Shown: positions 41,127 through 55,236, counted from the stretch's first letter. The stretch: 64,000 bases of DNA from Octopus vulgaris (GCA_951406725.2 OX597838.1:43710001-43774000); one strand, 5' to 3'. Numbers and translations are program-made. Notes: generated by a model not told the origin, from the letters alone.

Positions 41127-43067
41127 GAAAAATACAAACTGGGACAAGAACGTAAAACATTTAGAAGACGATACAAAAAACACGGACGGGACATTTGAAG
41201 CCTTCAATCTTAAGTCAAGAACCGGATCATCCTAGCAATTTCGGCTGATTAATATTGAGATCGCTCCGATCCGGCCAGCCCCAAGGAAAAACTAAGCAAC
41301 GAGCATTAGATTTCTTGGAAGAAGGATCGAATGTATACGAAACAGGGACAGAAAAACGGACGATGCCACACGAATATAAAATACAAAAAAACAATAATGG
41401 TAAAAACAGGACAAAAACAGCGAGTGTCTTACGACTAATAAACTGTACAAGTTTAGCTGGCGTATTTGGAAAAAATGCCTTTATCGGCAGACGAAGACAA
41501 CGATATATATATACAAAATACAATAGATATATATATATATATATATACAATAGATACATACATACATACCAACATATGTGTGTGTGTATGTATGTTTGTA
41601 TTATTTGTTGTGATAAAGCTATAATTTTGACAAGAAGCATATATCCTCGTTAAACTGAAAAAGACAAACGCATAAATTTTTATTTTTTGCTCCGCATATT
41701 AATGATTCGGGCGTTATAATGTTAAAAACGTGATCTTCTCCAACAATTGGAAGCACATCCATCTTCGTAGGAATTTCTGACCTTGAAACGAACAGCTATC
41801 ACTCCGTAGAATGATGAACATGATTAATTCAATGTCTAAATGATGTCGTTTTGTGCCACCGGAAAAACTAATGTCAAACTTCATCAGGAATTTATACAAG
41901 AACAGAACGATACCATAAATTGCCATTGGTATATTTATTTCAAGACCAACGGAACACAACGGGTGAAATTTTGAAATATATGTTAAAGGGATCTTAAGGT
42001 GACAGGGCATGTATTTAATACGTCAGTTTCTATACAACAGGAATTATTGCATTCCATTATGTATTGCCAAGAACATTGCATCTCTTTTAGGCATAATCCT
42101 GTTTGGTCAATAGAATTTTATATGGAACGCAAGCGTAGATCTCCCTTAATGTGGACGTGCGTTCAGTTCGACCATTTCGTTGGCAATTTTTCATCCTCTA
42201 ATTCCAGAATTTCATACGTTGGCATTACTAACAAATCATTTATGTAGATTATCGCTAATACCTTTTCTACTAATTGGAACGTATTATTGTTCTTTCTGCA
42301 TTATTTTGGGCGAATTCAGGAATTCAAATTGTCTGAAATAAGATAGTTTAAGGTCTACTTTAAGATCTGGTATTTACGTAAACAATTAAAGAAAGAGAGA
42401 GAGAGAGAAAAAAGGATATATTTCTAAGTATCAATGGCGCTTTTACAGTGCAGCTCCAACTGCTAAAAATAGCAACGAAATATATCTCTAACGACATTTT
42501 GCTATCATAAATAAAAGACAATAAATAATTATGCGCTCTAGAATAATTGATGTCTATAAATGACACAAATCCGCTTTCTGTTAATGTGGCTTTCGGTGCA
42601 GAAATATTTAATAGGTTCAATAACTGTGTAAACCTTTGTCTTAACTGGATACATTTAATCCTGAATCTGAATGTTTGGAGTAGAGTGTTTCAGGAAATAT
42701 TTGATGTTCACATCCTTTCTAAACACCATCATAGTCTCATCGTGATTGTTACTGTTGTAGACCGTTGCCAGTTCTGTTAGAATTTCGTTCGCCATGCTCT
42801 GTGACTTACTTTGACTTTGCGCTATGACAACATGCTAAGTTCCGAAACGTCATGCTGCGTAAGCTTCACAACACTATTACTTATCGAATTCCTCCTTGAC
42901 CCCTTCTTTCAACTATACATAGTTAACACCTGTGCAGTATAAACATGGGTGGTCAATGGGTTTTGCCTTATCTCTCTCCGACATAAATATTTCATTTTCA
43001 CTCTGTGCAACATAGAGAAAATATATTTTAGTTTATAATCGTGCTATATAAACAATATATCTTAGTG

Positions 43068-43115
<48 letters not shown>

Positions 43116-43569
43116 TACGCACACACACACATGTATATATATATGTATGTACATGTATATATATAAATATATATATATATATGTATGTATATGTATATAT
43201 ATAGTTCAACAAGTATTTTAGTTTATAAACAATATATATGTCTAGGTTTATTCATGTGCTACATAATATATATATATGTTAGTTTATGCTTCTGCCGTAC
43301 ATAAACAATTTACATGTGTCAGCTTAGCCCTGTGCTAAATAAGCTGTACACATGTTTGTTTATTCCTGTGCAACATATACTTTAGTTTATCCGTTTGCTA
43401 TATGAGTAATATATATTTTTCTTTAATCCTGGGGTACATAATATCTGTATTAGTTTATATTTGTACTATATAAACATAATTAATATATTTCAGTTTATCG
43501 CTCCACCAGATAAGCAATAAAATAAACAATATATATTTAATCCAAGAAGAGAGAGTCATATATTGTCTT

Positions 43570-43608
<39 letters not shown>

Positions 43609-43612
<4 letters not shown>

Positions 43613-43892
43613 CAGCGTGGAAGGTGTTTGTAAGCCATTTAAGAAACACACAAAAGCCGTTCGATTCACTTCAACATTTAAGTTTAATTTGTCAAAATAT
43701 TTTCGTCGCTAAAATCTGCGACCTGTTCACTGACAAAGTCCGTGCTGAGATGCAGCACGGATTTTTGTCAGTGAACAGGTCGCGGATTTTAGCGACGAAA
43801 ATATTTTGACAAATTAAACTTAAATGTTGAAGTGAATCGAACGGCTTTTGTGTGTTTCTTAAATGGCTTACAAACACCTTCCACGCTGCAAT
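43609..43892. repeat. Near-perfect palindrome, about 140-bp arms
   Basis: attgcagcgtggaagg..gtccgtgctg / cagcacggat..ccttccacgctgcaat. The plus and minus ORFs share the same N-terminal peptide. Confidence 0.97.
43764..43813 (+). ncRNA. Hammerhead-like motif with compensatory G3-C8 core (mirror copy 43688-43737 on the minus strand)
   Basis: UUUGUCA GUGAACA G GUCGC GGAUUUUA GCGAC GAAA AUAU UU UGACAAA. Confidence 0.65.
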
Positions 43893-44085
43893 TGTTTTCG
43901 TTTCAGCACACGATCTCAGATCAAATTACTTGCTATGCGAGTACATCTCCGTAATATATATATATATGGAAATAAACAATATGAATATCACTTTATCACT
44001 GAGCTACGTCATCAGTACAAATTTTGTTTTATCCCTCTACAGCTTAACATACCTTTTAGTTTAACCGTGTGCTCCAAAATATGCT

Positions 44086-45940
44086 TAGGTTGTCAGATAA
44101 ATTCGTTTGCTTCTTCCCAATGTTTTATTAACGCGGCAAATATTTTTATCGTAGGGTTTTATGGATTTTTTTGTAACTCTATTCTTTCTCTATAACTTTT
44201 GCTTATCGTTGTTGAAATTTAAACAAATTTTATCTCTTTTCAGCTCTATGACAGGCCACGTTTTCAGCTCCGAATCATTGTTGAACTTTTGGAGATCGAC
44301 CACAAAAGTTATTATTCTGAAAGTGTTATATCCAGAGAGTATGGGAGGTATATGGTAAAACTTCCAAACTGAGCTCTCGAACATTTTGGTCAAATTAGTG
44401 AGGTGGAAGCGAACAATGTCGTATTGGAGAATGCACTACTATTTTTGACATCTGTTTCTGTTAGCTTTCAATCAAGTTTACAAATCTACCGAAGCTGCTC
44501 GAGACATTTGTATTGTGTACGGAGAAGATTCTATTACTGAAAGATCATAGAAATATTCTTCACGCTTCAGGGAGGAGACATTCGATTCCACAGACTCCTT
44601 GCATTTCGCTGACCGGCGCAGTTCAATGGAAACTGATTGAACAATCTCACCCTCGAGGATCCGCGCAAATCCATAATGGAATTGGCTCAACAAATGGAAT
44701 ATACCGTCATGATACCGTCGTCAGTCGCCTTCGCTCAATAGGTAAGATTCAAACGATCCGTGTCCGGCGACACGGCGTGCTTCTCCAATACGACATTGTT
44801 CGCTTCCACCTCACTAATTTGAGCAAAATGTTCGAGAGCTCAGTTTGGAAGTTTTACCATATACCTCCCATACTCTCTGGATATAACGCTTTCAGAATAA
44901 TAACTTTTGTGGTCGATCTCCAAAAGTCAGTGAGGCGTTTCGTTCAACAATGATTCTGAGCTGAAAACGTGGCCTGATGAATCTTTCAGTCAAGACCCAG
45001 TGATTTCTACCATGGAAACATCAACAAACTTGTGCAACGTTAGCAAGAAATCATGAACAGTGAAGGACAATATTCTGGTTTCAAATTTTGGCTCAAGGCC
45101 AGCAATTTCTGAGTAGTTGGGTAAAATCGATTAAATCGATATCAACTGGTACTTATTTTATTGATTCTGAAAGAATTAACGACAAAGACGATCCCGGCAT
45201 TATTTGAGCGCAGAACATAAAGACGGACGAAATGCCGTTTTGCATTTTGCCAGCGTGAAAACGATTCTAACATCTCGCTGCCTTAATGACTGAGAATACA
45301 TTGTTTACTAGCTTAAAAGCCGGATTCCGTGCGGACTTTTAAGCTAGCTCCTTGGGAAGGCTAATTAGGCCTGAGGCCCAAAACTAAAGAGAGCTAAATA
45401 GCATCACTATAATACATCTGTAATGACTATATGCCCCATTGGTGTTTGATCAGAGGTTAAGGACGGGTGAAAACTAATTCTGTAACGCAATCATTCTATT
45501 GTTCCAGTCACAACTTGATTTCCTACTGTTGACCAATTTGTCCCAAAGTTCTTATCTCGGCATAGAATTAACGAAGCGAATGCCCTTTATTTCCCACTTG
45601 ATCTCAGCCGTCATCTGACAAACGCCAACCAAGATGGCGGGAATCCGCCAAGCTTTATCTGCTAGAAATAGCAACACAAATGCTTTTAAATCAGATCCCA
45701 ATGTTGGATGGTCAAGATCCAAATGAGGAGCAGATTTTCAATCCTGGGATCATTCTGATTCCGAAAATGTATAATAGGTATATGTAGAGCAAATGTAGAT
45801 TGAAATACAGGGGTCCCAAACAGACAGACAGAATTTTGCATTTATTATTATAGATTAATTTGTTAAAATTTTTGATGAAAAATAAGGATTAACAGAAATG
45901 CAAAACGTAAAAACAAAACAAACACATTTATCTGACACTT
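44086..45940 (+). mobile_element. Decayed, rearranged mariner with nested inserts
   Basis: Relic RDICIVYGEDSITER, ELAQQM..VVSRLRSIGK and LLQYDIVRFH (LHDNARPH-like). Possible TIRs tgtcagataaattcgtttg / caaacacatttatctgaca. SINE C nested at 45080-45290. Confidence 0.7.
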
Positions 45941-46489
45941 CACTATTTTAATTTCTTCCTGTGCTATATAAACACAAGTTTGTGATTACCCACTTGTTGA
46001 ATAATATATATCTTAGTTTCCCCCTCTGTAGCATAAACAATATATATTTTAGTTTACCCCTGTAATGCATAAGCAGAATATAATATTCTGAATTGCGATA
46101 ATAACAAATAGAATGTGTTTAAGTCTACCGAGATCATGACTCTCTCTTCTTGGATGAAATTTCATTCTTCACTCAAATACTGTTCTGCTTTTCCTAAGGC
46201 CATGCACAGTCTAAGTCTTCAAATATAAAGCTTGATTGCCGTATCGTTTTATTAAATTGCATAATAATAATGAAATCTTTCGGCTCGTCTTATGTTAGTT
46301 TCAAAAATGAAGCAGCACGTCACAGCTAGAATATCGTTGATTATACTGGGTTTCGACTTATTTTAGAACATAGTTAAGTCCTTAAAATAGGATTTGACTA
46401 CATCTCCATTTAGAGCACAGTTTAAGCTATCTTTTCGTGGAAGAAGGTTTATGTTCCTATAACCTGTGTTACTTCTGTAACCCTTTAAA

Positions 46490-46875
46490 ATGGAAGATAA
46501 GAAAGTTCATTTTAGGCACTTGATGCTTTGGGAACCAGACAAAATTTGCTGCAGCTCGGCTGGGATGTGTTACCTCACCCTCCATAATCACCAGATATTG
46601 CTCTTTCGGATTTCCACTTATTCAGGTCTCTGCAGAAGTGTTAATGGTAAAAATTTCAATTCCTTGGATAACATAAAAAGATACCGTGATGAATTTTTTG
46701 CCATGAAACCACCTCAATTCTGGGAAGAGGGTATTTTCAAGTCAAAGGAAAGATGGAGACGCATTGTGCAACAAAATGTTTCATGTATTTAGTTCATTAA
46801 AAATGTAATGGCAAATATTTATTGACCTTTTTCTTTCCTTTAAAAATCGGAACGAACTTTCCGGACAACCCAATA
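46490..46875 (+). mobile_element. Internally deleted mariner, 3' TIR present
   Basis: MEDKKVHFRHLMLWE fused to GWDVLPHPP*SPDIALSDFHLFRSL and FWEEGIFKSKERWRRIVQQN. End gaactttccggacaacccaata. 5' TIR not found. Confidence 0.88.
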
Positions 46876-47579
46876 CTTTTGCCCGATTTGAGCTGACCTG
46901 GGACTGAACAACAACAACAACAACAACGACGATACTAATTGTCTTTAATTTATGCACAAGGTTAGCAATTTTAGGGGGAGTGTGTAAGTCGATTACTCCG
47001 AATCTGGTGGGCAGGACATAGAAGACCGGAACACATACTCAAAAGTATTTTGAGAAACAAACACACATGTAATGGCGTTGGATTAACCGACATGGTTAGA
47101 GTCGTGGCAGAAATGCATTGCCGTGTTTACGACACCCCATGTTACAAGGAAAAGTTTCTCCGAAGTCGATAAAATACCAGTAAAATAACAAGGTTAATAA
47201 AATGAGCCACATACAGTCTTATCAAATTTCAGATTTCTGAGCTTATGTCACGACACAATATTAGGAAATTTATCTGAATGAAAATTTCGCAAGTCTTTGA
47301 AAGTGTGTGGGGGGGGACTCTTAATATAACTTTTACAGTTACATAATTAATAGTTTTCTCCAAAGAACGATTTGGTATATAATAACAGAAGTTATCAAAG
47401 TATTTTTCTATAGATATACGTATTCTAAATGTAAAAGTCTAGACGTATACAAGATAGAAGTAAAATATCTCAAAACTATAGAAGAAAAAAAAACTGTCTT
47501 TTAGAACAATTCTGTCGCTACAAATTATATTATGACACAAGAGAGTTTAGTTACAAAAGAACGATATTTCCAAGATCAT

Positions 47580-47898
<319 letters not shown>

Positions 47899-48532
47899 GT
47901 AGATACTTATATCGATAAACACACATATATACTTAACATTATACCGAGCAATATAGCTTGGTTAAGTTAAAGAATGCAATGGAATAGATCGTTATGAAAC
48001 GAAAAGTTCTATGAGTATTTGGTCGTTACAATCAAATTATAAGAACTTTCTCTTCACAGCAATTCCATTGTGTAAAGTATAGCAGCATTTTTTTCTCCTT
48101 TCATTTTGCCTCGAGTTTAAAAGCGTAAAGACACGCACATTAACACGCAATCACTCACTCGCATCCCATACATACAAACATACATACATGCATACACACA
48201 CACACACACACGCGAAAATTGTGTGTGATCGATACGATTTTTTCGTATGAAGTCACGATGATATTTGCTTGTATTGTTATATACAAATTACACTTATGAA
48301 CAAAATAAAGTGAACTGAGCACCTTAGGTTGAACAAATTTAATGTATATATTAGTTCGAGTCACTTTACATAACGTTGCTTATGGTTTCATGCTTGAAGG
48401 CGATCTTCAGACAAAGTTTGCTGAGATTGGAGTTTTGTACTAAATACATACGAGTGCGACTAAAGATTGCGCTTGAGCATGAAATACTAAGCAACTTTAA
48501 GTCAAGAGGTTGGAACTAATACATATATAAAT

Positions 48533-48603
<71 letters not shown>

Positions 48604-48620
48604 TATACATGCATATTCAT

Positions 48621-48705
<85 letters not shown>

Positions 48706-48880
48706 CAGGCGCAGCAGTGGCTGTGTGGCAAGAAGCTTGCTTCCCAACTACAGGGTTCCGGGTTCAGTCTCATTGCGTGGAACCTTGGGCAGGTCTCTTC
48801 TACGATAGCCTCGGACCGACCAAAGCCTTGTTAGTGGATATGGTAGATGGAAAAAGAGTAAAGAGTAAAGAGTATATATA

Positions 48881-49300
48881 TAGGCGCAGAAGTGGCTGTG
48901 TGGTAAGTAGCTTGCTAACCAACCACATGGTTCCGGGTTCAGTCCCACTGCGTGGCATCTTGGGCAGGTGTCTTCTGCTATAGCCCCGGGCCGACCAATG
49001 CCTTGTGAGTGGATTATGTAGACGGAAACTGAAAGAAGCCTGTCGTATATATGTATATGTATATATGTGTGTATATGTATGTGTTTGTGTGTCTGTGTTT
49101 GTACCCCTAGCATTGCTTGACAACCGATGCTGGTGTGTTTACGTCCCTGTCACTTAGTGGTTCGGTAAAAGTGACCGATAGAATAAGTAGTAGGCTTACA
49201 AAGAATAAGTCCTGAGGTCGATTTACTCGACTAAAGGTGGTGCTCCAGCATGGCCGTAGTCAAATGACTGAAACATGTAAAAGAGTAAAGAGTAAAGAGT
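48881..49300 (+). mobile_element. SINE family A, best full-length copy
   Basis: A-box-like gtggctgtgtggt, B-box-like gggttcagtccc, central (TA)/(TG) tract, tail ..aaatgactgaaaca(tgtaa)(aagagta)n. Confidence 0.92.
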
Positions 49301-49911
49301 ATATATATAGAGAAAAAGGACAAGAATGGAGAAAGACACATCTTTAATAGATGATTACATTATACATCAACGAGGATCGGTTCTATATTCTATATAGAAA
49401 AAAGGTGCAAAGGACCAATCAGTATATCCGAAAATATGAGCTAACACAGTATTATTAAAGCAATCTAAAATGGACGAAATTCAACGTGAATTAAGAAAAT
49501 ATCTCTCTGTATAGAAATTATTAATACAAATCTAGAAAAACAACGCAGGATTATTTCATGTCAATATTTAACATTTAGGCCTTCACGTAGTATTTAGCAT
49601 TTTGCTTAAATTTAACCATTAATCGAATGTTTATCACCTAACTTCGTTTCGCCAGCGAACATATGTTGAAAGCGGAAGTGTCTCCATGTTTAAGGTTCTT
49701 AATGGTTTACATGTTTATCTTCCCTTGTGTTTGGCGCCACCAGCTGTTTAATGTTCATGATATTAATCTGCCCCATGGTCACCTCCCGTTCTCTTGTATA
49801 AAATTCCTGTTTTAAAGCGATCTAAATTATAAACATCCTATCTAAACGTCATGTTAATGTATATTCCAAACACTAATTTCATTATCTTTTATCCTTTATT
49901 TTTAATTACTT

Positions 49912-50308
49912 CAGACTGCGGCCATGCTGGAGCACCACCTCGAAAAATTTTAGTCGAACGAATTACCCCCGCCAGGAGTTATTTAGTATTTTAATCTTGG
50001 TACTTACAGTATCGGTTTCTTTTACCGAGCTGCTAATTTACTGGGACGTAAACACACCAACACCGGTTATCAAGCGGTGGTGGGGGACAAGCGCACATAC
50101 ATACACACACGTATACACACACACACACGCGCGCACACAAACACACATATATACGACGGGCTTCTTTTAATTTCCGGCTACCAAATCCACTCACAAGGTT
50201 TTGCTCAGCCCGAGGCTATAGTAGAAAACACCAAAGTGCAACGCAGTGGGAGTGAACCCGGAACCATGTGGCCCAGAAGCAAACTTCTTACCATACAACG
50301 ACACCTGT
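49912..50308 (-). mobile_element. SINE family A
   Basis: Colinear with the reverse complement of 48881-49300. Confidence 0.85.
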
Positions 50309-50344
50309 AAATATATTTTACTAAATCCTTTACCTTTTTTTTAT

Positions 50345-50795
50345 TTTTAGTCATTTTGACTGTGGCCATACTGGAGCGCAGCCCTTTAGTCGAAGAAATC
50401 GACCCCTGGACTTAATCTTTGTAAGCCTGGTACCTATTCTATCAGTCTCCTTTGCCAAACTGTTTAGGTGCGAGGATGCAAACACACCAAGATTTGTTGT
50501 CAAGCGTTGATGTTGTGACAAACACACAAACATATATATAGTTGAAATTTACAGAAAGACAAAAGATAAAGACAGGTGTGTGAACAACAAGCAGGTGTAT
50601 TAGTTTGACGCTCGGGAAAATGAGAAATTATTTTATGTTTCGAGACACGACAGGCTTCTTTCAGTTTCCGTCTACCAAATCCACTCACAAGTATTTGGTC
50701 AGACCGAAGCTATAGTAGAAGACACCTGCCCAAGGTGCCACGCAGTGGGACTGAACCCAGAACTATGTGTTTGGGAAGCAAGCTTCTTAACACAC
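50345..50795 (-). mobile_element. SINE family A carrying a Penelope-like terminus (50540-50644) in its central repeat
   Basis: The insert tatagttgaaatttacagaaa..atgtttcgag is homologous to 17105-17205. Confidence 0.85.
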
Positions 50796-50919
50796 CTGGC
50801 TGTTGCATGCAGCTCCTATTATTTAATTCGTTTTATTTAATTCTCTTTAATTGCCACAAATAGATTGGCTTCATTAAAGAAACCAAGGCGCAGGCGCGGC
50901 CGTGTGGTAAGAAGCTTGC

Positions 50920-51153
50920 AGAAAGGCGGCGAGCTGGCAGAAACGTTAGCACGCCGGGCGAAATGCTTAGCGGTATTTCGTCTGCCGTTGCGTTGTGAGT
51001 TCAAATTCCGCCGAGGTCGACTTTGCCTTTCATCCTTTCGGGGTCGATAAATTAAGCACCAGTTACGCACTGGGGTCGATGTAATCGACTTAATCCCTTT
51101 GTCTGTCCTTGTTTGTCCTCTCTGTGTTTAGCCCCTTGTGGGCAAAAAAGAAA
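50920..51153 (+). mobile_element. SINE family C, full length, 12-bp TSD, nested in a SINE A (50886-51530)
   Basis: TSD taagaagcttgc at 50908-50919 and 51154-51165. The core gcctttcatcctttcggggtcgataaattaag resembles, from memory, the conserved MetaSINE-type domain. Confidence 0.92.
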
Positions 51154-51282
51154 TAAGAAGCTTGCTTCCCAACCACATGGTTCCGGGTTCAGTTCCACAG
51201 TGTGGCATCTTGGGCAAGTGTCTTCTAAAACCTCGGGAGAACCACAGCCTTGTGGGTGGATTTGGTAGACGAAAACTATATT

Positions 51283-51315
<33 letters not shown>

Positions 51316-51600
51316 ATGTTGGAGTCTGTGTTTGCCCCCATCACCGCTTAACAACCGGTGCTGGTTTGTTTACGTTCTCGTTACTTAGTGTTTCGGAAAA
51401 GAAACCAAGAGAATAAGTACCTGGCTTAATGAAAACAATATAAATCCAGTGATCGATTCGTTCGACTAAAAATTCTTGAAGGCAGAGCCCCAGCATGACC
51501 GTAATCAAATGACTGAAACAAGTAAAAAATAAAGCAAGTCTTCTGGACCTTGTTTTCGCGAGTCTTATGACTCGTAATTTTACTTCCACATATTCACACG

Positions 51601-51711
<111 letters not shown>

Positions 51712-52079
51712 CAAAGTAAAGTTGTAAGGTACCGCATAAGACAGAAAAATGTCAGAAAGACAGGTCAGTTCCGCTCCAATTTTTTGTAAATTCTTAAACA
51801 ATTCTGTGTATATATATATACTACCAAACAAACATGATTTTTATTGAACTCCTAATACTTTTTGTTGAATACTTTCTTAAATACTTTCTTGTAAACTGCT
51901 TTTAACATTTTCTTATTATTATCAAAGAATGTATTTATGTATTTTAATACTTTTGTGACAACGAGTACTTAACACAACAAAGCTTTGCATTTTACAATAT
52001 ATATTTTTAAAATTGTATTTTCAAACTTTCTTTCATATATATATATATATATATATATATCTATCTATATGCATATGTT

Positions 52080-52467
52080 TTACTTGTTTCACTAACTGGA
52101 CTGCGGCCATGCTGGGGCACTATTGTGGAGTGTAGCTAAACGAATTGAACTCAAAACTTGCTTGTTATTCTTCTATATAGCCTATCGGGGACGTAAAGAA
52201 GATGTGTGGTGTTAAGGACATACACGGGCATAAAACAAGCAAAAGCGCAGAGATATATCTCTGACGGGCTTTCGCACAGTTTCCGTGTAAAAAATTCACA
52301 TATATATACAACGGACGAGTTTTAGTTTCCGTCTACCAAATTGCAAGCCTTTAGTTGGCCCGAGGCTATAGTAGAAGACACTTGCCCAAGGTACAATGCA
52401 ATGCGATTGAACCCGTAACCATGTGGTTAGGAAGCAAGTTTCTTACCACACAGCTACACCTGCGCCT
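52080..52467 (-). mobile_element. SINE family A, diverged or composite
   Basis: Tail and head motifs present. Confidence 0.75.
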
Positions 52468-52523
52468 ATATATAACATATATATTATATATATTTGCATA
52501 CACACACACACACACATATACAT

Positions 52524-52576
<53 letters not shown>

Positions 52577-52685
52577 TGCACACATACACACACAAATACA
52601 TGTACATGCAATCGCATGTAGAGAAACATCTCACACTTTCTGTGGATTTTCTCCTCCCGCTCTCTTGTTCTCTCTGTCTATCTGT

Positions 52686-52718
<33 letters not shown>

Positions 52719-53050
52719 CACACATTGTGTAGTTGTTTGCGTGTTTGCATATGAGCGTGTGTGTGTGTGCACGCGCGCATGTGCGTGTACTTTCTGTTAC
52801 CTCCTGCTACCCTCGTAGTATTCCAAGTTAAGATTGTACGTTTTTTATTTATTGACTTCTTTGCTTAATAAAAAAAACCAAAAACCGATCGATTCAAACA
52901 AAGATTTCTCTAGACATATTGCAATTTTTGTTATCAGTTTTAGTCCTACAGCGTGCATAGACCAACTCTCTAACTCATTCTCTCTCACTTCTTTTCTTCC
53001 TCTCTCTCTCTGTACGCGTGTTTGCGTGTGCGTGAGTGTGTGTGCCTATG

Positions 53051-53091
<41 letters not shown>

Positions 53092-53716
53092 ACTCTCTCT
53101 CTCTCTCTCTCTCTCTATCTATATATATATATATATATGTACATATATATATGTATATGTATATATGTATATATATATGTATATATGTATATACGTACGC
53201 ATGTATATATATATATATGTATATTTATACATAAGCATAAACACATACACACACGCACATATATATATAATTGCTTCCATATACACGCACATGTGTGTAT
53301 GTAGAGACACGCACAGGTACCACCCCAACACACACACTCATATAGATACGCACTCACTATTGCAATATCCAATGAAGATATTCTTCTCAAACCGACTGAT
53401 ATCATATCTGATCGATGTCAACTAATGAAATGATTGTACAGCTATAACTTCACGTAGAAAAAATATTTAGCAGAGTGAATTATCTTTGAAGTGGTCGTGG
53501 CTGGGAATTCTGAGCATAATTACAACTTCAATATTTGTGACAACAACATCAGTTTTTATTTCTTTTTTACCTGTATTTCTGTATTCTGTAAAGTTCTGCA
53601 AGAAACCGTTTATTTCTGTATCGTTATGTTCTTGTTACAATTATTATGTTATTCGTCAATTGTTTAGTTTGAGATCAATCCCAATCCTGGGGACCAAATG
53701 ATTAAACTTATTCCCG

Positions 53717-54142
53717 GGATGTTTTCGGTTTCAACGACAGTTTTTTCTAGCGGTGTCATATGAAATTGTCACCCATAATTATGACCCTAGTATCGATCTA
53801 TTGCATTTCAATCTGTTTTAGGGTTAGGGTTAGTTAGGGTTAGGGGTGGGGGAGAAGGGAATCTTTTTTTCTTCAGAAATGTAAATAAACCCAATCTGTT
53901 TCTTAAAGGAGGGAATATTCATACGGCACAGAATGTTTTCACCTCAATAGACGTCATTGATTGGTTGAAATTGCAGAAATTGAAGAAAAAAACAACAAAT
54001 ATCTTACAAACTATAGAATTTTCTCAATAAAGCCAAGAGAAAAAGATGTTTTATAAAAACATTCTACCAGTATACGAAGTTTAAAAGTGTTTAGTTACGT
54101 GGAAATTATTTTAAAAAACTGCCGCTCAAACCGAAAAGATCA
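53717..54142. mobile_element. Non-autonomous TIR element (MITE) with internal TTAGGG repeats and 8-bp TSD
   Basis: TIR ggat(g/c)ttttcggttt..cagtttt / aaaactgccgctcaaaccgaaaagatc. TSD tattcccg at 53709-53716 and 54143-54150. Confidence 0.9.
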
Positions 54143-55179
54143 TATTCCCGTATTTGTTAAGGGCATCTATTTTGAGGGGTACGATTATATCACATAGCTT
54201 TTGTCTTCATTGCTGAATGTTCCTATCTAAAGCGTAGACTTGAGCAAGTGTGTTTTTGTCTTTATTTAATGATAGACTACCAGCTGCGCGCGCATGCAAA
54301 TCTGTCTTTTGTTTGATTCCGACGTTATCCAGTGTTCGCAGGAAATGCAATAATTAAAATGATGTTAGTGTTGAAAAACTGAATAGTGTGAGCGTTGGAA
54401 AAAAAATGTCGCACGTTACTTAACTACGGTATTTTACGTTCTGAGTTCAAATCCCATTGCGTTCACCTTTTCCATCTCACCCTTCTCACGCTGATAAATT
54501 TACGTGCTGGTTGATGAAGCTCATCACTAGAGTTTTCGCTCACGTTGGCATTAAAGAATCTAAAACAGAATCCACAAGGCAAACAACGCAAAGTTTACAA
54601 AATGCCGGCAATCCATTGGCCCTTATTAGCATCCTGCTTATTTAGAACTCTGTTATTTGGTATTTCTGTAGATGTGTGCACCTCCGATTTTGTTGCCTCA
54701 TAACTTACCGAAAAATGAATATTTTTTAATGAAATTTTCTACAAATACGTTGCAGATGGTACATATATATAAACGGAATCTATACCACCTGAGGCGTATC
54801 TGTAGAAAATTTCACCAAAAATGTCCATGTTTCGAGAAGTTTTGAGGAAACAAAGTCGGTGGTGGGGGACACACATGTACAGGAATGTCCATTATTTAAT
54901 GTATCCTTCTCATTTCTCAGCTGGTAGGACATAGTATGTGGGAGATTAGTCTGCTATTTCTAATAGATCGAACGCCCAGGTACCCTCATGATATTTTCTA
55001 TTTGTCATTACGTTTTTCATATCTTGAAATATGATTATCCCCCTTTACCATGGTTTAAGATGTTACGTCACTTCCACATGGCTGTTTCGTTCGAACGGAC
55101 TTTACTGTGATCTTTTAACCCAAGAGGACATCTCTTCAAGCTGGTTAACGATATACAGCAGCATCCGATATGTTGCAAG

Positions 55180-55236
<57 letters not shown>

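Noticed and set aside
43010-46090. Loose repeats of about 37 bp (tttagtttat..tgtgctatataaacaatata) around the palindrome and mariner
   Set aside because: Too degenerate to define units reliably by eye; probably an old AT-rich minisatellite.
53817-53850. Interstitial telomere or chromosome fusion site
   Set aside because: Only a few TTAGGG units, embedded in a multicopy TIR element.
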